DNA of 64,000 nucleotides, taken from the NCBI GenBank assembly GCA_964370215.1, contig CAYJIM010000003.1, forward strand, positions 13,308 through 77,307, read 5' to 3'. Numbering within the stretch: position 1 is the first letter of the stretch; the number at the start of each line of letters is the position of its first letter. Below are positions 1 through 10,344 of the stretch, in pieces. The notes beneath the pieces are model-generated. The model made no database searches, had not been told where the DNA came from, and saw nothing but the letters and a program-made list of their open reading frames with translations. The position numbers and the translations under genes were made by a program. The stretch comes from an uncultured Oscillospiraceae bacterium (GTDB taxonomy: Bacteria > Bacillota > Clostridia > Oscillospirales > Ruminococcaceae).

Positions 1-414
1 AGACAGGCCATTGTCGATCGTACTGTGCAATCAGGGGACATCTTGGTACTGCCTTTCGCAGGCCCCAAGGGACTGGGTATGCCCGAGATGTTTTACACCA
101 CCGAAGCGTTGGCCTCGGACGAGGTGCTGTCTAAAACGACGGCGCTCATCACCGATGGACGCTTTTCGGGTGCCAGCCGTGGCCCCTGTATCGGACATAT
201 TTCACCTGAAGCGGCAGAGGGTGGACCAATCGGTAAAGTGCGTAACGGCGACCGCATTGAAATCGACCTCAAAAACCGCAGTATTCGTGTGCTGGAGGAG
301 GGTTTTGAAACCCGTTCAATCACAACGCCTGACCGCACACCGCAAATGGGCATTTTAGAGATCTACCAATCGATGGCAACTTCCGCCATGGATGGTGCGT
401 ATCTACAATCGTGA
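1..414 (+). CDS. ilvD: Dihydroxy-acid dehydratase, C-terminal fragment (5' end outside window)
   Basis: Frame 1 is open from the window edge. The translation LPFAGPKGLGMPEM...ITDGRFSGASRGPCIGHISPEAAEGGPIG...IEIDL matches the conserved IlvD/Edd C-terminal motifs. Confidence 0.9.
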   Translation, partial: RQAIVDRTVQSGDILVLPFAGPKGLGMPEMFYTTEALASDEVLSKTTALITDGRFSGASRGPCIGHISPEAAEGGPIGKVRNGDRIEIDLKNRSIRVLEEGFETRSITTPDRTPQMGILEIYQSMATSAMDGAYLQS

Positions 415-423
415 CCAAAAACA

Positions 424-451
424 GAAACCACCGATGCTAATCGGTGGTTTC
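424..451. terminator. Shared hairpin between convergent ilvD and the lipoprotein gene
   Basis: The perfect 12-bp stem gaaaccaccgat / atcggtggtttc has a 4-nt loop that contains the minus-strand stop codon. T-rich sequence follows on the plus strand. Confidence 0.6.
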
Positions 452-700
452 TTCTTCGTCCGCTTCAAACGCACCCTGTAGTCCGTCCAACAAATCGTTG
501 ACATGTTCTTCGACAACGGGAAGGTCTTCAAGGTTTTCGTTCAAATCATCTTTTGTCTCATCCAGAATTGTTATCGCCTCTTGCTTTTCTTCTTCCGTTA
601 AATCATCAAACCCCTCATTGCCGGCAATGACACAACCGGTCATGGTTGCAATCCATAGAAAGAGAACGGCCGTCCATAGCATGCGCTTCAAGTGTTTCAT
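437..700 (-). CDS. Small acidic putative lipoprotein (hypothetical)
   Basis: The N-terminus MKHLKRMLWTAVLFLWIATMTGC looks like a signal peptide with a lipobox Cys. The rest is highly acidic. No family recognised. Confidence 0.55.
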   Translation of the reverse strand: MKHLKRMLWTAVLFLWIATMTGCVIAGNEGFDDLTEEEKQEAITILDETKDDLNENLEDLPVVEEHVNDLLDGLQGAFEADEEETTD

Positions 701-858
701 ACGGTCACCTTACCTTTTTGTTTCAATATGGCAGATATGAGTGGGAGATATTAGTTACATTATAACAGAATCATAGGTCGATGACAACCCAATGAAAGGT
801 GGATAAATGTTTGGTATTTGGCACACACTAATCTCAAAAAAGGAAAGAAGGTAGATTG

Positions 859-1629
859 ATGATGTGGCAGGAAGAAACTCCACAGGAGTGGGAAGAAGAG
901 GAAGAGACCCTACCCGATGAGGAGGTGCAGGCGGCAGGGATTGTACAGTCGGGGAGTATTACTGCAAAGGGAAAACACCTCATTCATTGTCTGACCATTA
1001 TTGGGCAGGTGGAGGGACACTATATTTTACCGGCACAAAACAAGTCCACAAAGTACGAACATGTCATCCCACAACTGGTTGCCATTGAAGAGGACAGGCA
1101 AATCGATGGATTGATTATCATGATCAACACCGTGGGTGGTGATGTGGAAGCAGGACTTGCCATTGCAGAGCTCATCTCCAGCATGAAAAAACCGACGGTG
1201 TCATTGGTACTGGGGGGTGGACATTCCATCGGGGTACCGTTGGCAGTGAGCGCCAAACGTTCGTTCATTGTGCCGTCCGCCACAATGACCATTCATCCTG
1301 TGCGCATGAGCGGATTGGTACTCGGTGTCCCACAGACCTTTTCTTATTTTGAAAAGATGCAGCAACGCATTGAGGATTTTGTCACCACCAATTCCGACAT
1401 TGAGGGGGCACGGTTTCAGGAACTGATGATGAACACCGGTGAACTTGCAATGGACATTGGCACCGTCCTCAGCGGGGAAGGGGCGGTTTCGGAAGGATTG
1501 ATTGACAATTTAGGGGGGCTTTGTGATGCCATTGCTTGTCTGTATGAAATGATTGAAGAAAATAAGGCAGGGGAAGCAGAAAATACGACAGAAAAAGGTG
1601 GTCAAGATGATGCTTTACACGATCATTGA
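859..1629 (+). CDS. tepA: ClpP-fold serine protease of the TepA / SDH family
   Basis: TIIGQVEGH...[18 protein letters not shown]...[12 protein letters not shown]...MTIHPV resembles the translocation-enhancing protein TepA family. It sits directly upstream of a ylzJ-like ORF and ftsK/spoIIIE, as in Bacilli. The start was chosen at the first ATG after the purine-rich RBS. Confidence 0.8.
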   Translation: MMWQEETPQEWEEEEETLPDEEVQAAGIVQSGSITAKGKHLIHCLTIIGQVEGHYILPAQNKSTKYEHVIPQLVAIEEDRQIDGLIIMINTVGGDVEAGLAIAELISSMKKPTVSLVLGGGHSIGVPLAVSAKRSFIVPSATMTIHPVRMSGLVLGVPQTFSYFEKMQQRIEDFVTTNSDIEGARFQELMMNTGELAMDIGTVLSGEGAVSEGLIDNLGGLCDAIACLYEMIEENKAGEAENTTEKGGQDDALHDH

Positions 1630-1825
1630 TCAGCAAGAACTGTTCTATCAGCAGAAAAATTTTAAATATTGCTATAAAAGGGTTGAAAATTGTATGGTGG
1701 AAGGTGTAAAATATAAAGATGGGGGCATATGCGTCAATCGCATCATCTCTACTGATCTCAAACACTACCTCAATCCCACCCTGCAACCGGGAAGCCGTTT
1801 TACAACAGGGACATGGCATGTTTGA
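1607..1825 (+). CDS. ylzJ: YlzJ-like small protein
   Basis: This is the inner part of the 1553-1825 ORF. An aaaggtgg RBS precedes ATGATG at 1607/1610. The translation [12 protein letters not shown]...[19 protein letters not shown] resembles the YlzJ-like family as I recall it. The 3' overlap with tepA and the position before ftsK match the tepA-ylzJ-spoIIIE synteny. Confidence 0.6.
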   Translation: MMLYTIIDQQELFYQQKNFKYCYKRVENCMVEGVKYKDGGICVNRIISTDLKHYLNPTLQPGSRFTTGTWHV

Positions 1826-1884
1826 GTGGACAAGACGTAAAAATTCAAAAAGGGGGCGTGCCCCCTTACATAATAGGAGGCTAT

Positions 1885-4689
1885 ATGGCTGCAACAAAAC
1901 AACCACCAAAGCGACCGACGAGTGGTAAGACCACAAGTACTTCATCTACGAGAAAAACAGGAACGACCACCAAAAAGCCAAGCAGCCGCACCACAGCGGC
2001 ACAGAAAAGAGAGCAGGAACAAAAACAGCGCACCCGTCAAATTGGCGCCATTTTAATGGGGGTATTTTCGCTGTTGTGGTTTGCCTTGATTGTTTATGCG
2101 GGGGAAAAAGCGTGGCTTTGGATTCATGAAATGCTGCTGGGGATGTTTGGGTTGGGTGCTGTTGTGATCCCGATTCTCCTCTGCTACGGTGCGGTGCGTA
2201 TTTCCGTAGAACCTACGCGTAGCATTGGACGATACTTGCTACAATTAGCGGCATTGATGTTGTTTTTTTGTAGCGCGGTGGAATTGCTGTTTTCCGGTGG
2301 CTATGCCGAGGGTGACCTCAACGCAGTCTTTAACCAGTCTTTTGAGTTAGGTAAGGCATGGCGTGGAGGTGGTATTTACAGTCTTGTTTTAGGCTATCTG
2401 CTGTGGACGATTTTTGGACAGGTAGGCGCCTCTATCATCCTGATCCTCGCCCTCTTTTTCATGGCACTTGTCCTGTCAGGGAAAACACTCATGGAATTTT
2501 TTGCACTGGTGAAAAAACCATTCACAGCAATGGCGGAAAGTTATGCCGACAAACGCGAAGGCATTGACATCATCAATGAACTGGAAGCTCAAGGAACACC
2601 TAAGAAACAGAAAGCCAGCACCGACGATCTGCCCACCTATCCGATGGCAGGGCAACAAGCGACGGTGCGACCGGAACTTGATTTTCAAAATGAGCGAGAA
2701 TTACCCAAAGGGGAATCGGTACTGGATCACTTCTTTGGCATCAAAAAGGAAACGGGGCAACAGGCGTTTGTCGAAGCAGTCCCCGACCCTGAAAAACATT
2801 TGGATCCCGTACCACCCATCGAGCGTGCAATGCCAACTGTACATGAAGAGGTACCGATGCCGATAGAAACACCTCCTGTTGACCCCATGCCACAAGCAGA
2901 AGAAATTCCTTTGCCGACAGCACAGACAGGGGCGACACCACCTGCTGAAAAACCAACGACAAAAACGCAACTGGATGCACTCATTTCTCGTGCGACGGGA
3001 GGGGCTTCCCACAAACAGGCGGTCGAAACCATTCTTGCAACCGGTGTCACGGGCGATCTACCAACCGAAGAACCAAAACTGACCAAAGCACAATCCAAAG
3101 CGGATGTGACGGCAAAAGCAGTGGAGATGTCGCAGCAAATTCAATCGGCGGAAGCGGAAAAGGTTGTCATGGCATATCGCTATCCACAAACAACGATGCT
3201 CAAAGCAAGACCGCCAAAAACCAACACCGATAGCAGTGCGGAACTGCGTCAAAACGCGGAATTGTTGGTGGATACATTAAAGAGTTTTGGGGTGCAAACA
3301 AGGGTCATCAACATCAGCTGTGGCCCCACCGTCACTCGGTATGAGTTGCAACCGTCCGCAGGGGTGAAAATCAGTAAAATTACAGGACTAGCCGATGACA
3401 TTGCGCTCAATTTGGCAACGGCAGGGGTTCGTATTGAGGCACCCATTCCCAACAAAGCAGCAGTCGGGATTGAAGTGCCCAACAAAAACAACGACATTGT
3501 CACCATCCGTGAAATGTTGGAATCAACCGCTTTCCAACAATCCAAAAGCAAGGTCAGTGTGGCATTGGGGAAGGATATTTCAGGGCAGGACGTGGTCTTT
3601 GATATTGCAAAAATGCCACATATGCTCATTGCAGGGGCAACCGGTTCAGGGAAATCCGTCTGTATCAATGCGCTCATCATGAGCATTCTCTACAAGGCAA
3701 CACCAGACGAAGTACGCCTGTTGATGGTCGACCCCAAAGTGGTGGAACTGGGCGTTTACAACGGCATTCCACATCTGCTGGTACCGGTCGTCACCGATCC
3801 GAGAAAAGCGGCAGGAGCGTTGGGTTGGGCGGTGACCGAAATGCTCAATCGCTACAAACTATTTGCCGCAAATCAGGTCAGAGACCTGACAGGGTTTAAT
3901 AAACTTGCTAAGACAAATGAAGAGCTCACTCCAATGCCACAAATTGTCATCATCATTGACGAACTTGCCGATTTGATGATGGCGGCACCCAACGAGGTGG
4001 AAGACGCGATCTGTCGCTTGGCGCAGATGGCGCGTGCGGCAGGGATGCACCTTGTCATTGCAACCCAGCGTCCATCGGTGGATGTCATCACCGGTGTCAT
4101 CAAAGCAAACATTCCGTCACGGATTGCCTTTTCTGTTTCTTCACAGGTGGACTCCCGTACGATCATCGATTCGGGCGGGGCGGAAAAACTACTCGGTCGT
4201 GGGGATATGCTCTTTTACCCTGTTGGGATGCCAAAACCCACCCGTTTACAGTGCTGTTTTGTCAGCGATAAAGAGGTGGAAACGGTGGTCAACTTCATCA
4301 AAAACGAGGGTGAAGTGGTGTATGACGACCAGATCATGAGTGAGATTGAGCGTCAAGCAGTGCAGGAGAAAAAGGGCAAACAAGCCGATGATGGTGGTGG
4401 ATTCGATGAAGAGGACGCCATGCTTGGTCAAGCCATCGAAGTGGTGGTGGAAACAGGACAAGCCTCGACCTCCTTTCTGCAACGAAAGCTCAAAGTGGGT
4501 TATGCTCGTGCGGCACGCTTGATGGATGATATGGAAGCGAAAGGGATCATCGGTCCGTCGGAGGGGAGCAAACCCCGACAAGTCTTGATGACTCGACAAC
4601 AATGGATTGAAATGCGCATGGCGCAATCAGATGAGGGAACGGAGAATGTCCCCTCAGTCAGTCAAAGCGATCTGACTTTGGCAGAATAA
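1885..4689 (+). CDS. ftsK: DNA translocase FtsK/SpoIIIE
   Basis: It has N-terminal TM helices, a Pro/Glu-rich linker, the Walker A motif [32 protein letters not shown] and a C-terminal gamma (winged-helix) domain. The start was moved to the ATG behind the ataggagg RBS. Confidence 0.95.
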   Translation: MAATKQPPKRPTSGKTTSTSSTRKTGTTTKKPSSRTTAAQKREQEQKQRTRQIGAILMGVFSLLWFALIVYAGEKAWLWIHEMLLGMFGLGAVVIPILLCYGAVRISVEPTRSIGRYLLQLAALMLFFCSAVELLFSGGYAEGDLNAVFNQSFELGKAWRGGGIYSLVLGYLLWTIFGQVGASIILILALFFMALVLSGKTLMEFFALVKKPFTAMAESYADKREGIDIINELEAQGTPKKQKASTDDLPTYPMAGQQATVRPELDFQNERELPKGESVLDHFFGIKKETGQQAFVEAVPDPEKHLDPVPPIERAMPTVHEEVPMPIETPPVDPMPQAEEIPLPTAQTGATPPAEKPTTKTQLDALISRATGGASHKQAVETILATGVTGDLPTEEPKLTKAQSKADVTAKAVEMSQQIQSAEAEKVVMAYRYPQTTMLKARPPKTNTDSSAELRQNAELLVDTLKSFGVQTRVINISCGPTVTRYELQPSAGVKISKITGLADDIALNLATAGVRIEAPIPNKAAVGIEVPNKNNDIVTIREMLESTAFQQSKSKVSVALGKDISGQDVVFDIAKMPHMLIAGATGSGKSVCINALIMSILYKATPDEVRLLMVDPKVVELGVYNGIPHLLVPVVTDPRKAAGALGWAVTEMLNRYKLFAANQVRDLTGFNKLAKTNEELTPMPQIVIIIDELADLMMAAPNEVEDAICRLAQMARAAGMHLVIATQRPSVDVITGVIKANIPSRIAFSVSSQVDSRTIIDSGGAEKLLGRGDMLFYPVGMPKPTRLQCCFVSDKEVETVVNFIKNEGEVVYDDQIMSEIERQAVQEKKGKQADDGGGFDEEDAMLGQAIEVVVETGQASTSFLQRKLKVGYARAARLMDDMEAKGIIGPSEGSKPRQVLMTRQQWIEMRMAQSDEGTENVPSVSQSDLTLAE

Positions 4690-4698
4690 AGGAGAACT

Positions 4699-6630
4699 AT
4701 GAGTTTTTTACCAATTTCCGCAAAGGAAATGAAAGCAAACGGCATCGATCAATTTGATTTTATCTGTGTGACAGGAGACGCGTATGTCGACCACCCTTCC
4801 TTTGGCATTGCCATTGTAGCAAGGGTGCTGGAGCACGAGGGGTTTTCGGTGGGGATTCTTGCTCAACCGGACTGGCGCAACGATAGCGATTTGTTAAAAC
4901 TGGGGGTACCACGTTATGCGTTTCTGGTCACCTCCGGCAATATCGATTCGATGGTGGCGCATTATACCGCGGCAAAGCGTTTGCGTAGCACCGATTCTTA
5001 CACCGCCGGTGGTAAGGCCGGCAAACGTCCTGACCGTGCAGTCATTGTCTACAGCAATCGCCTAAAGCAAGTCGCACCGCAAAGCCCTGTCCTCATCGGT
5101 GGGCTGGAGGCCTCTTTGCGGCGCTTTGCCCATTACGATTATTGGGATGATGGGGTGCGCCCATCTATCCTTTCGGATGCCAAAGCGGATTTGTTGATGT
5201 ACGGCATGGGGGAACTACAGATCGCAGAACTCGGGCGACGCTTTCGTGCTGGACAAACGGTGGAACAGATGACCGATATTCGTGGTACCTGTTATCTCAC
5301 TGATCCGGTCAACACCCCGTACGGGGCGGTGGAGTGCCCCTCCTATCAAGTGGTGTCCACCGATAAAAAAAGTTATGCGGTGTCCGTTCGCAAGCAGATT
5401 TCAGAGCAGGATGAGGTGTACGGCAAAACCATCATTCAGCGACAAGGGGACAAGATGCTGGTGCAAAATCCACCAATGCGTAGTTTGACCACCGAAGAAC
5501 TGGATGAAGTTTATAGCTTGCCGTTTATGCGCCACTACCACCCGAGCTATGAAGCGGTTGGCGGTGTTGCCGCCATTGAGGAAGTGGAATTTTCCATCGC
5601 CCACAACCGTGGTTGTTTTGGCGGATGTAACTTTTGCGCCATCACCTTCCACCAAGGGAGAAAGGTGAGTTGCCGCAGTGTGGAGTCGGTTGTTGCCGAG
5701 GCGAAAAGTTTTGTCGACAATCCTCGATTCAAAGGGTATATCCACGATGTTGGAGGACCTACTGCAAACTTTAGAAAGCCGTCCTGCCAAGTGCAGCTGA
5801 CCAAAGGGGTGTGTCGTGACCGCAAATGTTTGGCGCCAAAACCCTGTAAGGCGTTGGAGGCGGATCATGGTGAATATCTCAATATGTTACGAGAAATTCG
5901 TGCAATCAAAGGGATTAAAAAGGTGTTTATCCGTTCTGGTATTCGCTTTGATTATCTACTGGAAGATCCTGATGAGCGCTTTTTCGACGACCTCATCGAA
6001 CACCATATTAGCGGACAACTCAAAGTCGCACCGGAGCACTGCGCCAATGCAGTGTTGGATAAGATGGGTAAACCCTCCATTGAGACGTACCTAAAGTTTG
6101 TCAAGAAATTCTATCAAAAAACGCAAAAAATTGGCAAAGAGCAGTACTTAGTGCCGTATCTCATGTCCTCTCATCCGGGTTCAACGCTGCAAGAAGCGGT
6201 GGAATTGGCGCTGTTTTTAAAACGCGAACAGATTCGACCGGAGCAGGTGCAGGACTTCTATCCTACGCCGGGTACGGTATCCACTTGTATGTATTATACG
6301 GGACTGGATCCGATGACAATGGACTCGGTGTTTGTGCCGATTACTGCCGAAGAAAAGGCAATGCAACGAGCATTGCTACAATATTTCAATCCCAAAAACC
6401 ATGACCTTGTCAGACGTGCGCTCAAAAAAGCCAAGCGTTTTGATCTCATTGGTACCGGCAAACACGCATTGGTGCCGCCCGACCCTCATGCCGCGAAAAA
6501 GCAAGGGCAACCAAGCAAAGGTGGCAGAGGAAAACAGGGTGGTGGCAAGTTTAGCCCTGTTAACCGCAATGCAAACAAACGTGGCAAAGGAAAGAAAAAC
6601 ACCACTCCTCGCACACATGGTAAAGGGTAG
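4699..6630 (+). CDS. ygiQ: YgiQ family radical SAM protein (UPF0313)
   Basis: The N-terminus FLPISAKEM...FDFICVTGDAYVDHPSFGIAIVARVLE and the Cys cluster CFGGCNFC are typical of YgiQ, as is the basic Gly/Lys-rich tail. Confidence 0.9.
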   Translation: MSFLPISAKEMKANGIDQFDFICVTGDAYVDHPSFGIAIVARVLEHEGFSVGILAQPDWRNDSDLLKLGVPRYAFLVTSGNIDSMVAHYTAAKRLRSTDSYTAGGKAGKRPDRAVIVYSNRLKQVAPQSPVLIGGLEASLRRFAHYDYWDDGVRPSILSDAKADLLMYGMGELQIAELGRRFRAGQTVEQMTDIRGTCYLTDPVNTPYGAVECPSYQVVSTDKKSYAVSVRKQISEQDEVYGKTIIQRQGDKMLVQNPPMRSLTTEELDEVYSLPFMRHYHPSYEAVGGVAAIEEVEFSIAHNRGCFGGCNFCAITFHQGRKVSCRSVESVVAEAKSFVDNPRFKGYIHDVGGPTANFRKPSCQVQLTKGVCRDRKCLAPKPCKALEADHGEYLNMLREIRAIKGIKKVFIRSGIRFDYLLEDPDERFFDDLIEHHISGQLKVAPEHCANAVLDKMGKPSIETYLKFVKKFYQKTQKIGKEQYLVPYLMSSHPGSTLQEAVELALFLKREQIRPEQVQDFYPTPGTVSTCMYYTGLDPMTMDSVFVPITAEEKAMQRALLQYFNPKNHDLVRRALKKAKRFDLIGTGKHALVPPDPHAAKKQGQPSKGGRGKQGGGKFSPVNRNANKRGKGKKNTTPRTHGKG

Positions 6631-6648
6631 GGAGGATCGGGTTTCACG

Positions 6649-7650
6649 ATGAAAGCAAGACGAAAAGGACGACCTGCTGTCAGACAAAAACGGCAGAAAC
6701 ATAAAAAAAGTGGCATGACAGCACTCGCCGTATTGGCAGCACTTCTGTTGACCGTCACCGCTCAAAGTATGGGGTTGATCAGTTGGCAGGGAATCCCCAA
6801 TTGGCAAACCATCCTGTCTGCCGTCGGGCAGACGTTTACGAGCACCACGGCCCCCATCGTACCCACAGTACAGGAAGGGCAGGCGGCAGTGCATATCATT
6901 GATGTCGGGCAGGGCAGCAGTACCTTGATCATGGCAGACGATATGGCAATGCTGATCGATGCTGGGGATCGTGACGATGGGGATGCGGTGGTACAATATC
7001 TCCAACAGGCCGGCGTCGATAAACTCGATTACGTTGTGGCAAGTCATCCCCACGCCGATCATATCGGCGGGCTGGATGAGGTATTGGAGGCGTTTTCGGT
7101 AGGGCAGCTCGTGACCCCGGATCTTCCCTCGGAGTTGATTCCCACATCCAAAACGTATGAGGAATTTGTGGTGGCAGCTGCGGCCAATGGCTGTGTGCAG
7201 GGGACCCCGACACTTGGCAGTAGCCACCCCCTTGGACAGGGTGTGGTGCAGTACTTAGGTTCTGTTCCGGAGTATGATGACCTCAACAACAGTTCGGTGG
7301 CGGTGCGGTTTTCCTATGGCGACCTTGATTTTAATGTCATGGGGGATTTGGAAGAATCGTCAGAATTACAGTTGGTGCAATCGGGGCTTTCTTTGGGTGC
7401 CGAAGTATTGGTATTGGGGCATCACGGTTCAAATACCTCCAGCCATGCAGAATTTTTGCGTGTGGTGAATGGCGATTACTTTGTTGCGCAATGTGGTTAT
7501 GACAATGAATATGGCCACCCTCACAAGGAAGTATTGGAACGCATCCAAGCTGAAGAAGGAACGCTCTTGCGCTCGGATGTCTCTGGGGATGTGGTCTTTT
7601 TGACCGATGGTACGGCCATGACGGTGCAGACAGAAAAAAATGCCGCTTAG
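6649..7650 (+). CDS. ComEC/Rec2-related MBL-fold metallo-hydrolase with an N-terminal membrane anchor
   Basis: It has one N-terminal TM helix, then VHIIDVGQGSS...ASHPHADHIGG...GHHGS, the beta-lactamase-fold domain found at the ComEC C-terminus. Confidence 0.8.
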   Translation: MKARRKGRPAVRQKRQKHKKSGMTALAVLAALLLTVTAQSMGLISWQGIPNWQTILSAVGQTFTSTTAPIVPTVQEGQAAVHIIDVGQGSSTLIMADDMAMLIDAGDRDDGDAVVQYLQQAGVDKLDYVVASHPHADHIGGLDEVLEAFSVGQLVTPDLPSELIPTSKTYEEFVVAAAANGCVQGTPTLGSSHPLGQGVVQYLGSVPEYDDLNNSSVAVRFSYGDLDFNVMGDLEESSELQLVQSGLSLGAEVLVLGHHGSNTSSHAEFLRVVNGDYFVAQCGYDNEYGHPHKEVLERIQAEEGTLLRSDVSGDVVFLTDGTAMTVQTEKNAA

Positions 7651-7691
7651 TAAAAAGAATAGAATCGGTTTTGAAAAGAAGTAAATTTCTG

Positions 7692-7720
7692 TTGAAATTT
7701 TCATACTTTTCGTGTACAAT
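7692..7720 (+). promoter_or_regulatory. Sigma-A type promoter (TTGAAA-17-TACAAT with a TG extension)
   Basis: TTGAAA lies at 7692-7697, followed by a 17-nt spacer ending in gTG and TACAAT at 7715-7720. It sits 40 nt upstream of the 7761 start. Confidence 0.55.
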
Positions 7721-7760
7721 AGGAACATGTTACTGTTTGTATTAGAATTGGAGGATCATC

Positions 7761-8516
7761 ATGACAAGGATTGTTGCCATTGCAAGTGCGGTCTATACCG
7801 AGCGCATACGGATTGTAGAACTGCTACAACGTCCCGAATGGCATCTGTTGGCGGACATCGATAATGCGTATGAATTGTTTGAACTGATCAAACAAAAGAA
7901 GCCGGATCTTGTTGTGTTGGATTGTAGGTTGGCAGGTCTTGATTTGAAGACACTATTGGCGCAGGTAGATAAAACAATGATATCGCCACCGTTTTTTGTC
8001 CTATTGCACCCGACTTCCGACAGCGGAATGATACCGGTTGGTGGCATGATTCCCATTTATCTGCCTGATCCATTCGATTTTATAGCATTGCAAATCTGTG
8101 TGGAGCACAGTATGCCTCAAAAACAGGAACAAGGATCAACACTGCCACAAACCTACCAGCTGGAAGTGACAAAGCTCTTACAACAAATGCGGGTACCGGC
8201 ACACATGTTTGGTTATGCTTGTCTCAGAGATGGCATTGTACATATGCTTTGCAATCCACATTATCATCAAATGGTCACAAAGGTGATCTATGTGGATATT
8301 GCCGAGGCAAATGATACGACAAAGACTCATGTGGAACGTGCCATCCGTACAGCGATTGAGCATGTGTGGTACAATGGAAATCAAGAAGTGCTTGCAAAGT
8401 ATTTTGGCAGGGATGAAGAGTCCAAACGACTGGAGCTGAAAAGACCATCCAACGCAAAGTTTATGGCAACCATCGCAGAAGCATTGCGATTAGAGCAAGA
8501 GCAATATAAAATTTAA
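7761..8516 (+). CDS. Spo0A-like transcriptional regulator with a degenerate (pseudo-)receiver domain
   Basis: The C-terminal part VPAHMFGYACLRDGI...TTKTHVERAIRTAIEHVW...RPSNAKFMATIAEALRLE aligns with the Spo0A C-terminal DNA-binding domain (compare 41147-41929). The N-terminal receiver lacks the acidic pair and the conserved Lys. Confidence 0.75.
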   Translation: MTRIVAIASAVYTERIRIVELLQRPEWHLLADIDNAYELFELIKQKKPDLVVLDCRLAGLDLKTLLAQVDKTMISPPFFVLLHPTSDSGMIPVGGMIPIYLPDPFDFIALQICVEHSMPQKQEQGSTLPQTYQLEVTKLLQQMRVPAHMFGYACLRDGIVHMLCNPHYHQMVTKVIYVDIAEANDTTKTHVERAIRTAIEHVWYNGNQEVLAKYFGRDEESKRLELKRPSNAKFMATIAEALRLEQEQYKI

Positions 8517-8543
8517 ATAGCAAATTTTAGGAGGATCACCACC

Positions 8544-9488
8544 ATGATCATGGACATGTTTAAAAACAAAAAAGACAATGAAGAAACAGTGGAAGAGCAA
8601 GCTGTAACGGCAGTGCCGGCACAGGAAAAAACACCGGCACAATTGGAACAGGAAAAGCGCTTTGCGAAAGCGAAATTACGCCTGGAGAAAATTGAACGCT
8701 TGATCAAACAACTCTATCAAGATAAAAAAGACTGTTATTTGGTCTTGGCACGCAACACCACTTTGGATCAATTGGCGACCAAAGAAAATTTGCGTCCGCT
8801 CATCTCTCCGCTCAATAAAAATCATCGTCTGCCGGTCATTCGTTTTGCAACGACCGAAGCGGTGGCAGGGGATATTGCAAAGGCGTTTGGCTGTGTTTGT
8901 GAAGAACGTCCTTTGGTGGCGAAAGTGCCGTTTGCAAACCTGTTTCAACTGCTCAACAATGTGACCAAAGGTGGCGTGTTCCTTTATGCGATGACCGATG
9001 GTCCTGATACCTATGTCGATCAAACCGTGCATATGGGTTACTATGTCTACAAAGGATTGATGGAAAAGGATGCCAAAGGGTATTTGCAGTACATGAGTGT
9101 GTTGGAGTCTCTCCACGCAGTACGTGTCACCAAAACTCCTTTCTATGTATTGCCGGCGCCGGTAGCGACTGCAGAAGAAAAGGAAAACGGCACCTTTCAA
9201 TTGGGTCTGGTCGGACAGGAAAAGCAGATGGCTTGTCCGGTATTTGCCTCTAAAAAAATTGCAGCGAAATTGATGCAGCAATGGAATGTACCGGAAGGAT
9301 ATGAATTGTTGCCATTGACCCCTGAACAATTGGTGGAGAAACTCGATGGCATGAAATCCCGTTACCAAGGAAACCCATTTGCAGTCTTCTTCTGTGGTAT
9401 CAAGGGTGCTGAAATGGTCAATTCAGATCGCTTGACCGGATTGGTAAATGAATTGTTTTCGGCAAAACCGGAACAGGTGAAAGAATAA
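8544..9488 (+). CDS. Hypothetical protein (possibly distantly SseB-like, two repeated modules)
   Basis: It has a strong aggagg RBS, a coiled-coil-like charged N-terminus and two similar segments (PVIRFATTEAVAGDIAKAFG and CPVFASKKIAAKLMQQW). No confident family assignment. Confidence 0.6.
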   Translation: MIMDMFKNKKDNEETVEEQAVTAVPAQEKTPAQLEQEKRFAKAKLRLEKIERLIKQLYQDKKDCYLVLARNTTLDQLATKENLRPLISPLNKNHRLPVIRFATTEAVAGDIAKAFGCVCEERPLVAKVPFANLFQLLNNVTKGGVFLYAMTDGPDTYVDQTVHMGYYVYKGLMEKDAKGYLQYMSVLESLHAVRVTKTPFYVLPAPVATAEEKENGTFQLGLVGQEKQMACPVFASKKIAAKLMQQWNVPEGYELLPLTPEQLVEKLDGMKSRYQGNPFAVFFCGIKGAEMVNSDRLTGLVNELFSAKPEQVKE

Positions 9489-9561
9489 GAATCGGTGTGG
9501 TAGGTGGCTTGGTAAATTCAAGCCACCTATCTTTCGTGCACAATAAACAAGAGGTAGTCAT

Positions 9562-10344
9562 ATGAAGGAAGGACCAAAGACTTCACTTTGCGTTGAAGAA
9601 ATATTAGAAATTGCGATAGAAATCGGCGGACAAATGCTGCTTTGCGGTGCCGAAGTTGCAAGGGTAGAGGACTCAATTCGACGTATTGGTTTTGCCTATG
9701 GTGCCGATCGTGTAGATGTGTTTTCCATCGCCACCAGTATTTATGCGACGGTGGAAAAGCAAGGTGCTCACGCAACCTTAACTCGTCGTGTGCCGGACAG
9801 TGTCGTCGACCTGCACAAGTTGGACAAGCTGAATGCCCTTTCCCGACAAATTTGTCAACAAACGCCTTCAAAGGTCACTGTATTGGCGCAGGTGGAAAGC
9901 ATTGTCAACACGAAAAAACCTGCTGTTTGGTGGGTGCTGCTTTGGAGTGCGGTGACGGTTGCAGGCTTTACCATGATGTTTGGGGGTACGGTGCTAGATG
10001 TTACGGTGGCAGTGGCGTTGGGTTGTTTGTTGCGCTTGCTGTTGATAGGCTGGAACACCTTACAAGTCAATATGATTTTTACCAATGTCGTCACGTCGTT
10101 TGTTATAGGTCTCCTTGCCACCTTTTTGGTGCACTATGGCATTGGGGATCAACTGCACACCATCATCGTCGGCAACATCATGCTGATGATCCCGGGAATG
10201 ATGCTTGTCAACGGGGTGCGGGATATGATTGCAAAGGATTTGGTAGCAGGGTTGATGCGATTGACCGAAGCGGTCATCCTGTCGCTGTCGATTGCCATTG
10301 GCTTCTGGCTTTCTGCCAGTTTGATGGGAGGGATGCTCGGATGA
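9562..10344 (+). CDS. Threonine/serine exporter family protein, ThrE N-terminal type (DUF1212 / YjjP-like)
   Basis: GAEVARVEDSIRRIGFAYG is followed by about 5 TM helices. The stop overlaps the next start (ATGA). Confidence 0.85.
   Translation: MKEGPKTSLCVEEILEIAIEIGGQMLLCGAEVARVEDSIRRIGFAYGADRVDVFSIATSIYATVEKQGAHATLTRRVPDSVVDLHKLDKLNALSRQICQQTPSKVTVLAQVESIVNTKKPAVWWVLLWSAVTVAGFTMMFGGTVLDVTVAVALGCLLRLLLIGWNTLQVNMIFTNVVTSFVIGLLATFLVHYGIGDQLHTIIVGNIMLMIPGMMLVNGVRDMIAKDLVAGLMRLTEAVILSLSIAIGFWLSASLMGGMLG

Noticed and set aside
6376-7227. Long antisense ORFs in the six-frame track: 6376-7227, 8676-9368, 21125-21991, 40127-40732, 48342-49109, 50109-50654 and 50667-51245, all on the minus strand.
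   Set aside because: Each lies entirely opposite a CDS with strong family motifs. Their translations are low-complexity or Cys/His/Arg-rich with no recognisable domains and no RBS, so they are shadow ORFs.
6649-7650. ComEC-related protein as evidence of a competence system.
   Set aside because: Only the MBL-fold domain with a single anchor helix is present. The polytopic DNA channel (competence domain) is missing, and no other com genes are nearby.
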